DNA of 59,743 nucleotides, counting the filler, from Dirinaria sp. TL-2023a (lineage: Eukaryota), in the NCBI GenBank assembly GCA_051941275.1. It is 3 parts of 3 records of this genome, joined end to end, with 100 filler letters (N's around TTAATTAATTAA, not from the genome) between each part and the next. Parts side by side here need not be neighbours in the genome. Positions count along the whole stretch, not along the records: positions 39,917 to 59,743 come from JAVEBF010000311.1; 2 more parts are not named here. One strand, 5' to 3'. Shown in pieces: positions 46,401-55,830 of this stretch (within the stretch, counting starts at the first letter, position 1; each line of letters starts with the position of its first letter). The translations under genes and the position numbers were made by a program. The notes under the pieces were generated by a model. The model worked only from the letters and a program-made list of their open reading frames with translations. It was not told the origin of the DNA and made no database searches.

Positions 46401-48473
46401 GTTAAACCCTATCTTTAGATCGCCGGCCAAAGCAGTCACCACGTGGCGGATGGCAAGAGGGTTTAAGTCACAGAGTAACAAGATTTGCTCCAATGCGTCG
46501 GCATCCTTCTGATACCATGTGGGAACAGCTACATCGCACTGAACAAAGACTTTAGTAGCGAGGTCGAACGCGTCTGCTAGCGATAGATTAGGAACCGAGA
46601 ACGTCGCCACCTGGTCTGCGTTTTCAAGCCGATTTCGCCAAAGAGAGTCGAGATCATGCCTAGTTACCAATATCACCCGAGTCTGTCTGTGGCCGCTGGC
46701 AGCTGGGCTGACAGCTTCATTGACAAAACCGCACAGCTCCGAAACCGCCGTCGGCGGCAAGTATGGCGGCCAACCCTGTAATGGGAGATTATGGTGTCCG
46801 TCGCGGATGCCGTCTAAAATTAAGACAGTCGACTTGCTACGTATTTCAGACAAGATTGCGGCGTCTTTCTCTTTCGGCACACCACCACGCAACGCGAGCT
46901 GGATTGTACTAGCCACATCTTGGGTAGGTTGTAGTGCGAGAATACTGGATGCGATGCGCTCAACCAGGTCTGCTCGGCTCCTGATATTGTGTTCTCTTAC
47001 ATTTATATATATAACAAAATTGAAAGACGCAGTTTGCTTCCAAAGGGAGCATAACTCATCCACAAGAGCAGATTTGCCGACGCCAGGTGAGCCCAGGATC
47101 ATGACAGGGCTATGCTCCACGACGAAACGGTCAATCTGTAAAATATCACCGCCACGACCGAGCACCTCCTCAGCTTGTTTCTCGAAGTTGTCCAAAGCTG
47201 GCATAGAAGAATTCGCGCCTAACCGAGGTTTAACGTCGCCGGGGAAAATCACATCTTGCCCACTTGTATACACAACTGGTATGATCCAATCCATCAATGG
47301 CTCACTGCTTCGGAATCGAGTCATTCGCATTGGATCGGCACGAAGTGTTGCCCTTGCACTCGCTGCGGCAACCGAAAATGGCTTAGCCTCAATTAAAAAT
47401 GTATGATAGAATGCTTTGATGAAGGAATTCGCCGCCGATTCCAAGAGCCTGTGAGACATTGCAAGAACATTGTTAATCCCAGCGGAGACGAAGACACTTG
47501 CCAGATTCGCATCTGTCTCAAGACCTGACCTAGCAGAGTCGCACGCGTTGAGCACGGCGATTGGACATCCATAACTCGCTAGTACTTCCGCGACAGCTTT
47601 GGATGAAACGGGCGTGAGCTTCTTAGAGTCTGTTGTAGCAGAGGCGAAGTACAAGAAGGACTCTTTGACCCCTTTGCGCTTGGCCACTCTTCCATGAAGG
47701 TCAAAATGTACGATATTGTAGAACCCACGACCGTGCTGGATCGAGGCATTCATCAGATGCTCTTTCAGTGCTGGAAAAGACCCTGGCCGGACAATATGTA
47801 AGTTGAGATGACGGGCATTGCTGGTCTTCTCCATTTGCGATTTGGCATTCAGCAGATGCTGATACGCAAGATCTGTCTGAGCGTCTTCCGCATCTCCAGA
47901 GCAGTCCCTAGCTAACACAAGCAGAACATTGACATCTGACTGTGCAGCGTGACCAATGCTTTGAGGAGGTTGATTGAGAGATACTTTAATTGATCCATCG
48001 ACTGGACCTGTGAGATATCTCCTGACCAACGCATTGACATTTGCGAGTAGCCAAAACTCTGGATCCTCGAGGAGTTCCCAGTATATGTTCTGTATTTGCT
48101 GTCCCTGTGGCTCACCGGTCTGCCGGATATTGATCTCAATATTGAACGTACTTTCAACATCTTTTGTGTTTCGCAAGAGTCTGACCAGTAGGGGAAGCCC
48201 TACATGAAGATACAGTTGAGTGCCAATGTCTTTCAGGTACGAGGCCATGAAATTCGCTTTTTGGAGGTCAAATGAGTCTTTGGGAATGAAAGACTCGAGA
48301 TACCATCTTACTTCTTCGACGTAATCATCTCTGAAAGGCTGTGGAAGTCGGATTTCCTCCTCAAAAGTAGTGCCGTCGAGCGACAGCGAAAGAAGCAAAT
48401 TACTGCTTTTGAAGACATCTTCATTGCTTGTGTGGTCGATACGAGAGCAAACCTCCACGGTGTGCCACATCAT
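43494..48473 (-). CDS. NLR-like protein: CHAT caspase-like protease + STAND (NB-ARC-like) NTPase + TPR-like helical repeats
   Basis: 1659-aa uninterrupted ORF. CHAT motifs VRWYLE, YWELLE, catalytic HFDLHG (His at 47694-47696) and VLNACDSA (Cys at 47541-47543), VLAMS, DWIIPVVY. Walker A GSPGVGKS, Walker B VLILDG, ILVTR, NPLAI, YIHPLL. Helical Ala/Leu-rich C-terminus. Confidence 0.9.
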   Translation of the reverse strand: MMWHTVEVCSRIDHTSNEDVFKSSNLLLSLSLDGTTFEEEIRLPQPFRDDYVEEVRWYLESFIPKDSFDLQKANFMASYLKDIGTQLYLHVGLPLLVRLLRNTKDVESTFNIEINIRQTGEPQGQQIQNIYWELLEDPEFWLLANVNALVRRYLTGPVDGSIKVSLNQPPQSIGHAAQSDVNVLLVLARDCSGDAEDAQTDLAYQHLLNAKSQMEKTSNARHLNLHIVRPGSFPALKEHLMNASIQHGRGFYNIVHFDLHGRVAKRKGVKESFLYFASATTDSKKLTPVSSKAVAEVLASYGCPIAVLNACDSARSGLETDANLASVFVSAGINNVLAMSHRLLESAANSFIKAFYHTFLIEAKPFSVAAASARATLRADPMRMTRFRSSEPLMDWIIPVVYTSGQDVIFPGDVKPRLGANSSMPALDNFEKQAEEVLGRGGDILQIDRFVVEHSPVMILGSPGVGKSALVDELCSLWKQTASFNFVIYINVREHNIRSRADLVERIASSILALQPTQDVASTIQLALRGGVPKEKDAAILSEIRSKSTVLILDGIRDGHHNLPLQGWPPYLPPTAVSELCGFVNEAVSPAASGHRQTRVILVTRHDLDSLWRNRLENADQVATFSVPNLSLADAFDLATKVFVQCDVAVPTWYQKDADALEQILLLCDLNPLAIRHVVTALAGDLKIGFNNLLMNSISLPFLVYMASDSKGYSTHYLTFEDLESAPFGNGHFWQSKGNSFLFEMYKVWQSMHPPLQLALCFLGLYWHSGPIAGEWLQMMVEWGVCEQIEGFHKVIQIVGNRLWLESEDQNRITYIHPLLTMFLRDRLCDQEPVWNKEDIGQRAFAVLQTFRCMLMDQEPDEYFQWAVLHEFLTNMGTRLISAHLKHASHYVTSTDSVSPWLHTELYNFLFVCGLCTSDKLRIAPSKWPRDGFAIFFQYVLKAEESVHYRKKSIEAVERLLCSLEDQYDEIMDDPEVVFFWVMCMSHFLDMYTSKIRTFPEKVITRLVTVSTFIGGLDQTIFDHFLQARLLALGDLCHKAALYLVDNNADDSEIVKEQATDFYLRALQRAIEASHKGRASSVSSGKERSTDSLGLENEDGDSATIHANDTRQLQLDTAEISLLLEVRELEWQIVQQKTSGETDVNEKLQELGQQFSTLLADLPKRSKPTATSTNDPSKSSKTSASAVKPKSTSAQLDQTADLALAYDETDIVSAAANHYKLSARLLNNGEIQDAARHLARLNELIRGDKDLEAKFSSLEQQTQLVGVATRVQELADSIESTAKSSDFQSMEENWREAYTLLGVTPSSSIAELQEAFREMMKMQRNCQSATMILARLDPPQPRWEMRDRRSQRYESSGARDISTDDQVSIDTAWLRSCTDTVEAIEKGEYQKALGHVEIMEELQSGDMVTWHNASPMTATKRWLKEEDEFLNLSRLAKDAVSKGDFNTASSVIRECTELDKKLGNRHGEFLEERKRALQRLQWDGYLSQAKQLGESDHFAEALSTIADIEKEKAQGARDERNHLLASRFENDLLLAKHQIMMRFAVKEKRHLDAAHSAQQCVALLEQTSEEEMPSLSKPRVKLIQACAALGERAMIWYHQAGLADALQRNEAFDDAIRHLDALVVIGRKIDAYHPPEWVQVHEELDLLLAQKESLESRRN

Positions 48474-49160
48474 CAGCCAGAAGATTCTGAGATCAAAGCG
48501 AATCTATCCAAATTCAGAGATCATGACAGGTCTATCATATTCCACGCTTATTCGCCCGTAGATCCAAGATCATGTAGGACGTATGTGGTTTAGAATTACC
48601 ATTCCTCGACTCACAACTATTGAGTATATTTTCATGACTGTACCACGGCTGATAAATGACCCAGAGAGTAGACGTGGCCATCCAAGCATCTGTAAGACAA
48701 CTGATTGGTGGATGGTCAGGCGTTTCTTTAATCCGAATTGAGGCATTCGAGCCCCTGTCAGCAAATCTTAACTAAGCGTGACTATCCATTTTCGACATAG
48801 TGTCATTTCCCCCCCGTACGCAGTACAAGTTAAATGATGGTGGCGAGCTGATTGATTGAAACTTGAAGGATGAAGCCCAAATGTCCCGATCGTTTTGCGC
48901 CGCATAGACATGTTGAACATAGTTGTGTAGGAGTCTTGATTTTGTACGAGTCTTAATTTCCCGAATGTTCGCGCGGAATAGGGTTGTTTTGGCCAGTCAG
49001 TGACGCGAAGTTAATGGAGTTGAGGACACTGAACCGATCTAGGAAGTATCTATGGAAGATTGGCGGCCGCGGTTCTGCCAGCATCTGACACGAATAGGAT
49101 AGCAAAGGACTCTTGTACCTCCAGTCCTGGGGCCTAAGCCGTAGTAGACAAAGACCCGCG

Positions 49161-50075
49161 ATGGCAGCGTCACGACGGCGGTATTTTCTTCTGGACGAAT
49201 TAATTACTGCTGACAGAGCAGCCGACATGATGGGTCGCATTGTGCAAGACATCTTCCTGCCACTGTACCGCTACGCGCCAGCTACTCCGGTGGATGGCTC
49301 ACTGCCGGCCCATAGCCCACGGGACATTCTACCCAGTATTTTGCCCAAGCCGATTGTGGCAGCGTCGCGCAAGGCCGTCCTGGAGAGTCTGCCAACCAAG
49401 GAGCTGCATATTGCTCTGACTGATCTTTTTGGACTCGATCTCGAGCGTGGGCAAACTGATTCCGTCGAAATAGAAGGTAAAGCCGTCAAGCAGTACTCAC
49501 TCAGCCAATCGAGAGAGGTTTTCGAACACCTCATGCATAATTCAACATACGCAGCAGAGGCCCTAAAATTGCTTCAAGACAGTCCCCGTCGTCGCGCTTT
49601 CTTTGTCACAGGCTTCATGACGACGTCTTCGACCACGTTGAGACGAACTAGTGGTCGAAAGATGCAGTACGGATTCAACATAGCCATTCCTATTTCCTCA
49701 GCTTTCGGGGGCCCTGCTTTGCTCGATCCAAAGCTTGCACCATCTGTATCATCAGAAACATCCGTCAGCCAGGAGACAATTCTGCCAGATGAGTGCATAT
49801 TTGCCATGTCGTACGATATTATAGCTCTGACGCGGAGATTTGACATCCAAGCGCCAAAGTTCGTGCATCATTCAATCAAGCATCAAGGGCTCAAAAGGGC
49901 AAAGCCGCAGCATTTAGCATTGGGCAGAGACGACGGGAGTGATGAGGAGATCGAGGAGGACGAAGAAGAGTCCGAGAAGGAACCAGCCTCTACCGCCAAC
50001 CACAACCCAACAGACGGCAATCCTGACGTTGCTATAGAATATCTAGAGGAGCTTGAGAACCTTTCGCAATTGTGA
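49161..50075 (+). CDS. Fungal gasdermin-like protein (HET-Q1/RCD-1 family), 304 aa
   Basis: Family-like pattern YFLL...GRIV...P...YAP, Ser/Thr-rich alternating beta segments, VKQYSL...F, AFFVTGFMT, IFAMSY, then an acidic C-terminal tail. Divergent from a CHAT protease gene. Called by pattern recognition, not HMM. Confidence 0.8.
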   Translation: MAASRRRYFLLDELITADRAADMMGRIVQDIFLPLYRYAPATPVDGSLPAHSPRDILPSILPKPIVAASRKAVLESLPTKELHIALTDLFGLDLERGQTDSVEIEGKAVKQYSLSQSREVFEHLMHNSTYAAEALKLLQDSPRRRAFFVTGFMTTSSTTLRRTSGRKMQYGFNIAIPISSAFGGPALLDPKLAPSVSSETSVSQETILPDECIFAMSYDIIALTRRFDIQAPKFVHHSIKHQGLKRAKPQHLALGRDDGSDEEIEEDEEESEKEPASTANHNPTDGNPDVAIEYLEELENLSQL

Positions 50076-51017
50076 GACGAACAACCAATGGACTGTGTAT
50101 TCGCTCCATTCGTTCCCTGGTCAGTAGATCAGAGTTTACCTAAGGCTTTACCACGAATACTTCTCTTCTAGCCTCGATGCTTCTGTGCGTAGACACCATA
50201 GCATTGTTGCGTTGCTGTAAAGATTTCGGTTTGAGAACGTATTGTATATATGTGTCGTGGGCGCCGATAGTTTTGCACTGAAAACAAGCAGAGAGAGGTG
50301 ATCTGCCGATCAGATGACATGCAAGTTGTAAAACACCCCTTAATTGCATTGAGATAATGGGTAACCTGACCGGTAAATAGCTTCATGACTACGAAGCAAC
50401 TTTAGCGCAGTCGCCAGTCTCCGAACCTCAAAAATGAATTTGAATGATTATCGATCCTCTTGGAAAGCCTGCCCGGCGTTCTTGGTCCCCAAGACACTTA
50501 GCGCTTACAGACCTCTTGCTTGGAATAGCCTGCTTGAACAGTATTAATTGTTCATATTCGAAGCAAAATTATAATTTCAATTCTTCTAAAACTTGCTGTA
50601 GAAAATTTGAATCTACTATGCGTGATAGTGTTGGCAATCAATCGAGCAATCAGGAGACGGAAAAGGGGAAAATGCTGAGAAGCGAATAGAGCCGTATATG
50701 AATCCTCTGACACTAACTCTATGCATGCATGTATGCTTTGCAAGTGAAGAGCGAGATGACTGCTCTCGGGTAGTTCTATGTGTTTTGTAGGCAGGTGCGG
50801 CCTCACTGCGCTTCTGCCCCTGTGACGTTGCGCATACACGGCTCTACCTCCAGTGCTCTGATAGATTGCAAATATCGCGGCGAAAGATGGACTATGACCG
50901 ACGATGTTTCTAAGCCTTAAGCGAAGCCGTGTGAGCCTTGCACCATCGAATTTGGATGACTATTACATCGACAATGACCATTTGGATCAAGTCCGCCACT
51001 TCGTTGTCTCTCAATGC

Positions 51018-51137
51018 GAATGCGGCCCGATCGTTGGAGATGTCCTTCGTTCTGAAACGCTTTTCGACACATCGTCTATCATCTGGTTTACGCCGATCCA
51101 CATAGACGCCAGCATTGAATGCGCCTTTACTGCCCAT
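51018..51137 (-). pseudogene. Possible protein kinase N-lobe relic
   Basis: GSKGAFNAGVYVDRRKPDDRRCVEKRF resembles a Gly-loop plus VxK strand; no HRD or DFG motif found downstream. Confidence 0.35.
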
Positions 51138-52402
51138 CGACGGCGAGTCCTCAGCATTTTCAGGATGGAACTCATCTTCAAGTGAGCGTAGGCTGATTTT
51201 CGGTCTTCCGAAGAGCGCTCCAAACAATATTTTCCACAACGGCACACCACCAGCTATTTGTAGACCGTGGATGACGGTGTAGATAATAATGGTGGCAATC
51301 TGGGCCTCGTACTTCATATACTTCGAGACAGAGTGGTGATGGTGGACGCCTTTGGCTACCACGCTCAATAGTCGATTAATCGAACAAAATTGTGCGGACG
51401 ATTGGCAATGAAGGGTCAAATAGAGAGCTGATATAGTCGTAGAAGAAGATGCATCGTATTATGCTTGCAGTGTGTCATTACATGCCACTGGTACACAGCG
51501 ACAGTGGAGGCCCAAGCGATGCAAGTGTTGAATGTGTATGTCAGATTTCTCTGCATGGTGTTGAGGAGCTGCGTTCATGATTGAGCTAGACGAAGCTGAT
51601 AAGTCGAACAAAACACATCAATTTCTTCGAGAAGAAATCGAAGCGTAAATAGTCTTTTCAAAGAGCATAACACCAGGAGACTCTCAAAACACAGACTGAT
51701 AAGGAAAGTGATATTGGGAAATTCTAGAAGCTTTCCAAGTCTAAGGACCTCGTGGGGAGAAAAAAAAAAAAAAAAGACTGCTGAGATCTCCCTTGGGAAG
51801 CAATCGAGATGCTAGGGCATAGAGAATTCACCGTTGACACAGCTGTGCAATTTCTATAAGTAATCTATGGCTTTTTCACCTATTGTTAGAGCCATGTTCC
51901 AGCTTCAGTTGATAGGCCAATCCGCCCATGTATGATTCTAGATGCACTACATGAGACGTAGTAGAACAAGATTCATCACAATCTCCTTAACACGTCATCA
52001 AGCTTCATTCATCAGCCAAGATCTGTCATCTCTTACGCTCTTCATTGGTCAATCGCAGTCGAAGTGATGTGAATTGGAGGGTTCGCTAGGGTTATCTTGA
52101 TTCATTCTGCCGCCTCGTGCCTGTAGAGCCAAGATCGCGCCACCAGGCTAACCCCATTCAGGTAGCGTGTAGAAAGTCCGAAAACCCGCTGGCAGAGCCC
52201 GTCAAGAAATAATCTTCAGTAGAACCACATCTTCTTCCACCCTCTACACATAATAGATACCCCCATTGATCTCCGTGTTGGCGTGCCTTTAATTCGTGCC
52301 CCCCTTCATTATTGCAACGTGCAGATCCTATCATCAACCACACTCATCTCCACTACCTCAACCCAATCCTAACCCATACTTTTGACGATAAAGCAAGCAT
52401 CC

Positions 52403-54843
52403 ATGGCTCAGCAGCCGAGGACATACAACTCTTATAGCCAAGCTCACATGCCGAATGGTGCCACTACTGGCCCAGCTTCCAATACAGCAGCTAACACCGG
52501 CACAAATTTCTTACCGAACAATGGTCGCGTGGTCCAGGCCAACGGCGTCCGAATCTTGTGTGTGGCTGATGTCAGAGGTCAGTCCTGCATATTGTCCATT
52601 CATATATTCGCCCTTGGCACTGACTCATTTGGTTCTGAACAGGGCATCTGAAGTCTTTGAATGACCTTGCAAAGCAAGCTCGAGCCGACTACATCATTCA
52701 CACGGGAGATTTCGGCTTTTACGATGATAGCTCTCTCGACCGTATTGCCGATAAGTAAGTCGAGCGTTGCTATCACCAATCTCTATGACTCCCACCCATA
52801 CTGATTGAGATGAGCAGAACCCTCAAACATGTTGCACAATACTCGCCCCTTCTTTCCGAACAGACCAAACGTGCCATACATACGAGCGGCCCACAACAAG
52901 GTAACATTCGGCAGCGCTTTCCAGCAAATGAGATTGCGCTTTCAGAGCTGCCAATGTTCATCGACAAGAAGTACACTCTCGATGTACCTGTCTACACAGT
53001 TTGGGGCGCATGCGAGGATGTGCGCGTCTTGGAGAAGTTTAGGTCTGGCGAGTATAAGATAGAAAAACTACACATAATCGATGAAGCTAGCTCGAGGCTA
53101 CTGGAGGTCGGAGGAGTCAAGCTGCGTCTGCTTGGATTGGGAGGCGCTGTGGTCATGCACAAGCTTTTCGATAATGGAGAAGGCCGCACTACGATCGCAG
53201 GAGGTCAAGGTACGATGTGGACAACTCTTTTACAAATGGGCGAACTTGTCGATACGGCGAACCGCGTCTACGATCCTACCGAAACCCGAGTATTCGTCAC
53301 CCACGCGTCGCCAGCTCGAGAGGGGTTGTTGAATCAGCTTTCCGTAACACTCAAGGCAGACTTCTCCATCTCCGCTGGCTTACACTTCCGATACGGCAGC
53401 TCCTACAACGAGTTCAGCGTCAATCCAACTCTAGATCACTATCGTGGAAAGCTTGCTGCTTCGAAAGCTTCTTTCAACGATGTCTGGGAGACGGTAAAGG
53501 GCGAGGTGGAGCCAGTAGTCTCTCAGAATGAAGCACAGCAAACATTGCTCACTAACGCTCTGGACATTGTCTCGAAGATGCCAGCCGTCGCCAACGGTGG
53601 TAATCCATTCGGAGGCCCTGTTCCTGGACAAGGCGCAGGAGGAGGTGCCGTTGACGAGAGTGCTTTCAAAAACATGTGGAACTTTAACCTTGCAGATGCA
53701 GCATTCGGTTATTTGGTGCTTGAAATCGATGCGGGGCGAATTGGTACAGAGATGCGTGCTCAAGGTTTCAATTTCGCACATCGCGGCGTTGGAGGCGGCA
53801 AGCCAGGAACAACGCAATCTGTTCAGTCCCCTGCCCAGCCGCCAATGATCAGTGCAGCTATGCCACCTACTGGACAATCGCGACCCCCAGTTGGCCCCTC
53901 ACAGCCTAGCATAAACCAGCAACCGCATCAGCAAACCGCCCCGCAAATCAACCAGCAGACGAGCCAGCAAACGAATCAGCAAGCACGCAACCAGAATGCC
54001 TCCGTCCAAGCGAAAGCAGCAGCTCAGCCACCGTCGCAGGCTCAACAAGATAAGGCGCCGAATGCTCCCCGGGTTGTACCTTCGCCTGCTGCTTCCGCCG
54101 CGTCAGGCCAGGTAAAGCCAGCCACTCCACAACCTCAAGCCACTGGATCAACAGCTCCGACTCCATCAGCGGCTTTGGCAGCAAAACCCTCCACTCCAAG
54201 CCAAACGACAAATGGAACTGCTTCGAGCGACAAGCAGACCCAACAACCTCCGACCAAACCAGCTTCCCCTGCAGTTGAAAACAAGCCTAGCACAGGCTTA
54301 TTTGTTCACAACATGGATTCCGAGGATGCCGTCCGAGATATCTTTGTTGACGAAGACAAAGCGAAAATTGTCAAGATAGAGAAGTGGGGGAAAGGAAACC
54401 ACGTCGTTCACTTCAACACCCATGAAGAAGCTAAGGCTGCTTTAGATCGCCAGCCAGCCGATCACAAGAAACCTTCGCAGGCTGTCGCAGGTCAGCCTCG
54501 TAAGCCGAACATCAAATGGTTCGATACTCGTGGTCCAAGGAATAACTTTGGCCGCGACAACCGCGAGTCCCAAGGGGCTGGAACATGGCAAGGCAGCAAT
54601 CGTGGCGGCACCAGCAGCGGGCCTCGTCCCGGCTACCAGAGCGGCGCCAGTGATAGCGAAAGCGGCCGAGGCCGCGGTGGCTTTAACCGTGGAGATCGCG
54701 GAGACCGTGGCGGGCGAGGTAGCCGCGGCCGTGGGCGAGGACGTGGAGGGTTCAACAAGAGTGGCGGAGACGAAGGGTCTGCAGCACCAGCCTCAAGCAC
54801 GCCATCAAGCACACCAGCTGCAGCATCGACTGAGAAATCTTGA
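52403..54843 (+). CDS. Calcineurin-like metallophosphoesterase-fold protein (DUF2433-type) with Q/P-rich linker, RRM-like domain and RGG tail, 3 exons: 52403-52577, 52643-52754, 52818-54843
   Basis: RILCVADVRG, IIHTGDFGFYD, VYTVWGACED, THASP, SAGLH; RNP-like GLFVHNM and GNHVVHF; RGG/RG repeats; two in-frame GT-AG introns. Confidence 0.85.
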
Positions 54844-55830
54844 CTCTCATCGTAGCCGCTAGGCGGAGCACCGATCTGGACAATCTCTGACAGCGGATCG
54901 TGCTCGCGTTGCATTTTCTACCTTTTATTGAGTTAGCAGCACGTCTGAACACAGCTTGGCCGGTCAAACCTTGCTGACGGTTCGACAAATGCGAGGGTGT
55001 CTTACGTTGCTGGAGCTTTGCATATGATGCTTTACAGATAGAGCTCAGGCGAATATGGAGACGATGAAGGGCTATCCTATCATCGGTGGGTATTTGCAAG
55101 ATGCGACTGTATTCTAGCCAGTGCATAGTAACGGTTTATAGCCGTAATAGAGCTTTTTCGCGGATGATAATCTGCGTAATCACTACATGAACAGTTCAAT
55201 TGAGCTTCACTTGATTGATCTGACAGATTCTTCGGGGAATTCCAAGACTGGCTGTGGCCTTTGAGCCTCTCTGATCATATATACATCATGTAATCTTACC
55301 TCTAGAACGGATGAGGCTCCGAGGGCTCCGACTTCCCCAGATTTCCCTAGCCTGATCTGTCTTAGCCCCGCCGGGCTGCCGAAACCTCCGAAACCTCCAG
55401 AATCTTGGCATCACTTGGCAGTCAGTACGGAGTACTGCACGTGTGGCTCGCAAGCTACATTACTTTACCTGACCCTGCCTTCTAACCAGTCGACTCCAAC
55501 CACGTCATCCCTTCAGCACGACACCCTTTTCATAGCATCTGAACTGGACGAAGAACCAAGCAGCGGGGGTTTGGAGAAAGTAGCACTGTCTACATATTCC
55601 CCTCATCCACCGACAGAGCACTTTCAGCGTCATTACAACTTACCAGTCAGCCACTATCCATTCAGAGAGCGATAGCAGCATCGTACATATACCTTCCTCG
55701 TCTCCGGTAGACCTATCGTCTCTAAAGCTCCATTCAGCTATACAAAAGATCCGAACTCTACTGTACTGGAAGCACGCCAATAAAATTCCGTGGGCGGGTG
55801 GCGGAGGCCCGCGCCGTTTTCACAGGAACC

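Noticed and set aside
46720..47406. 228-aa plus-strand ORF inside the NLR gene
   Set aside because: Antisense shadow with no ATG start and no recognisable motif.
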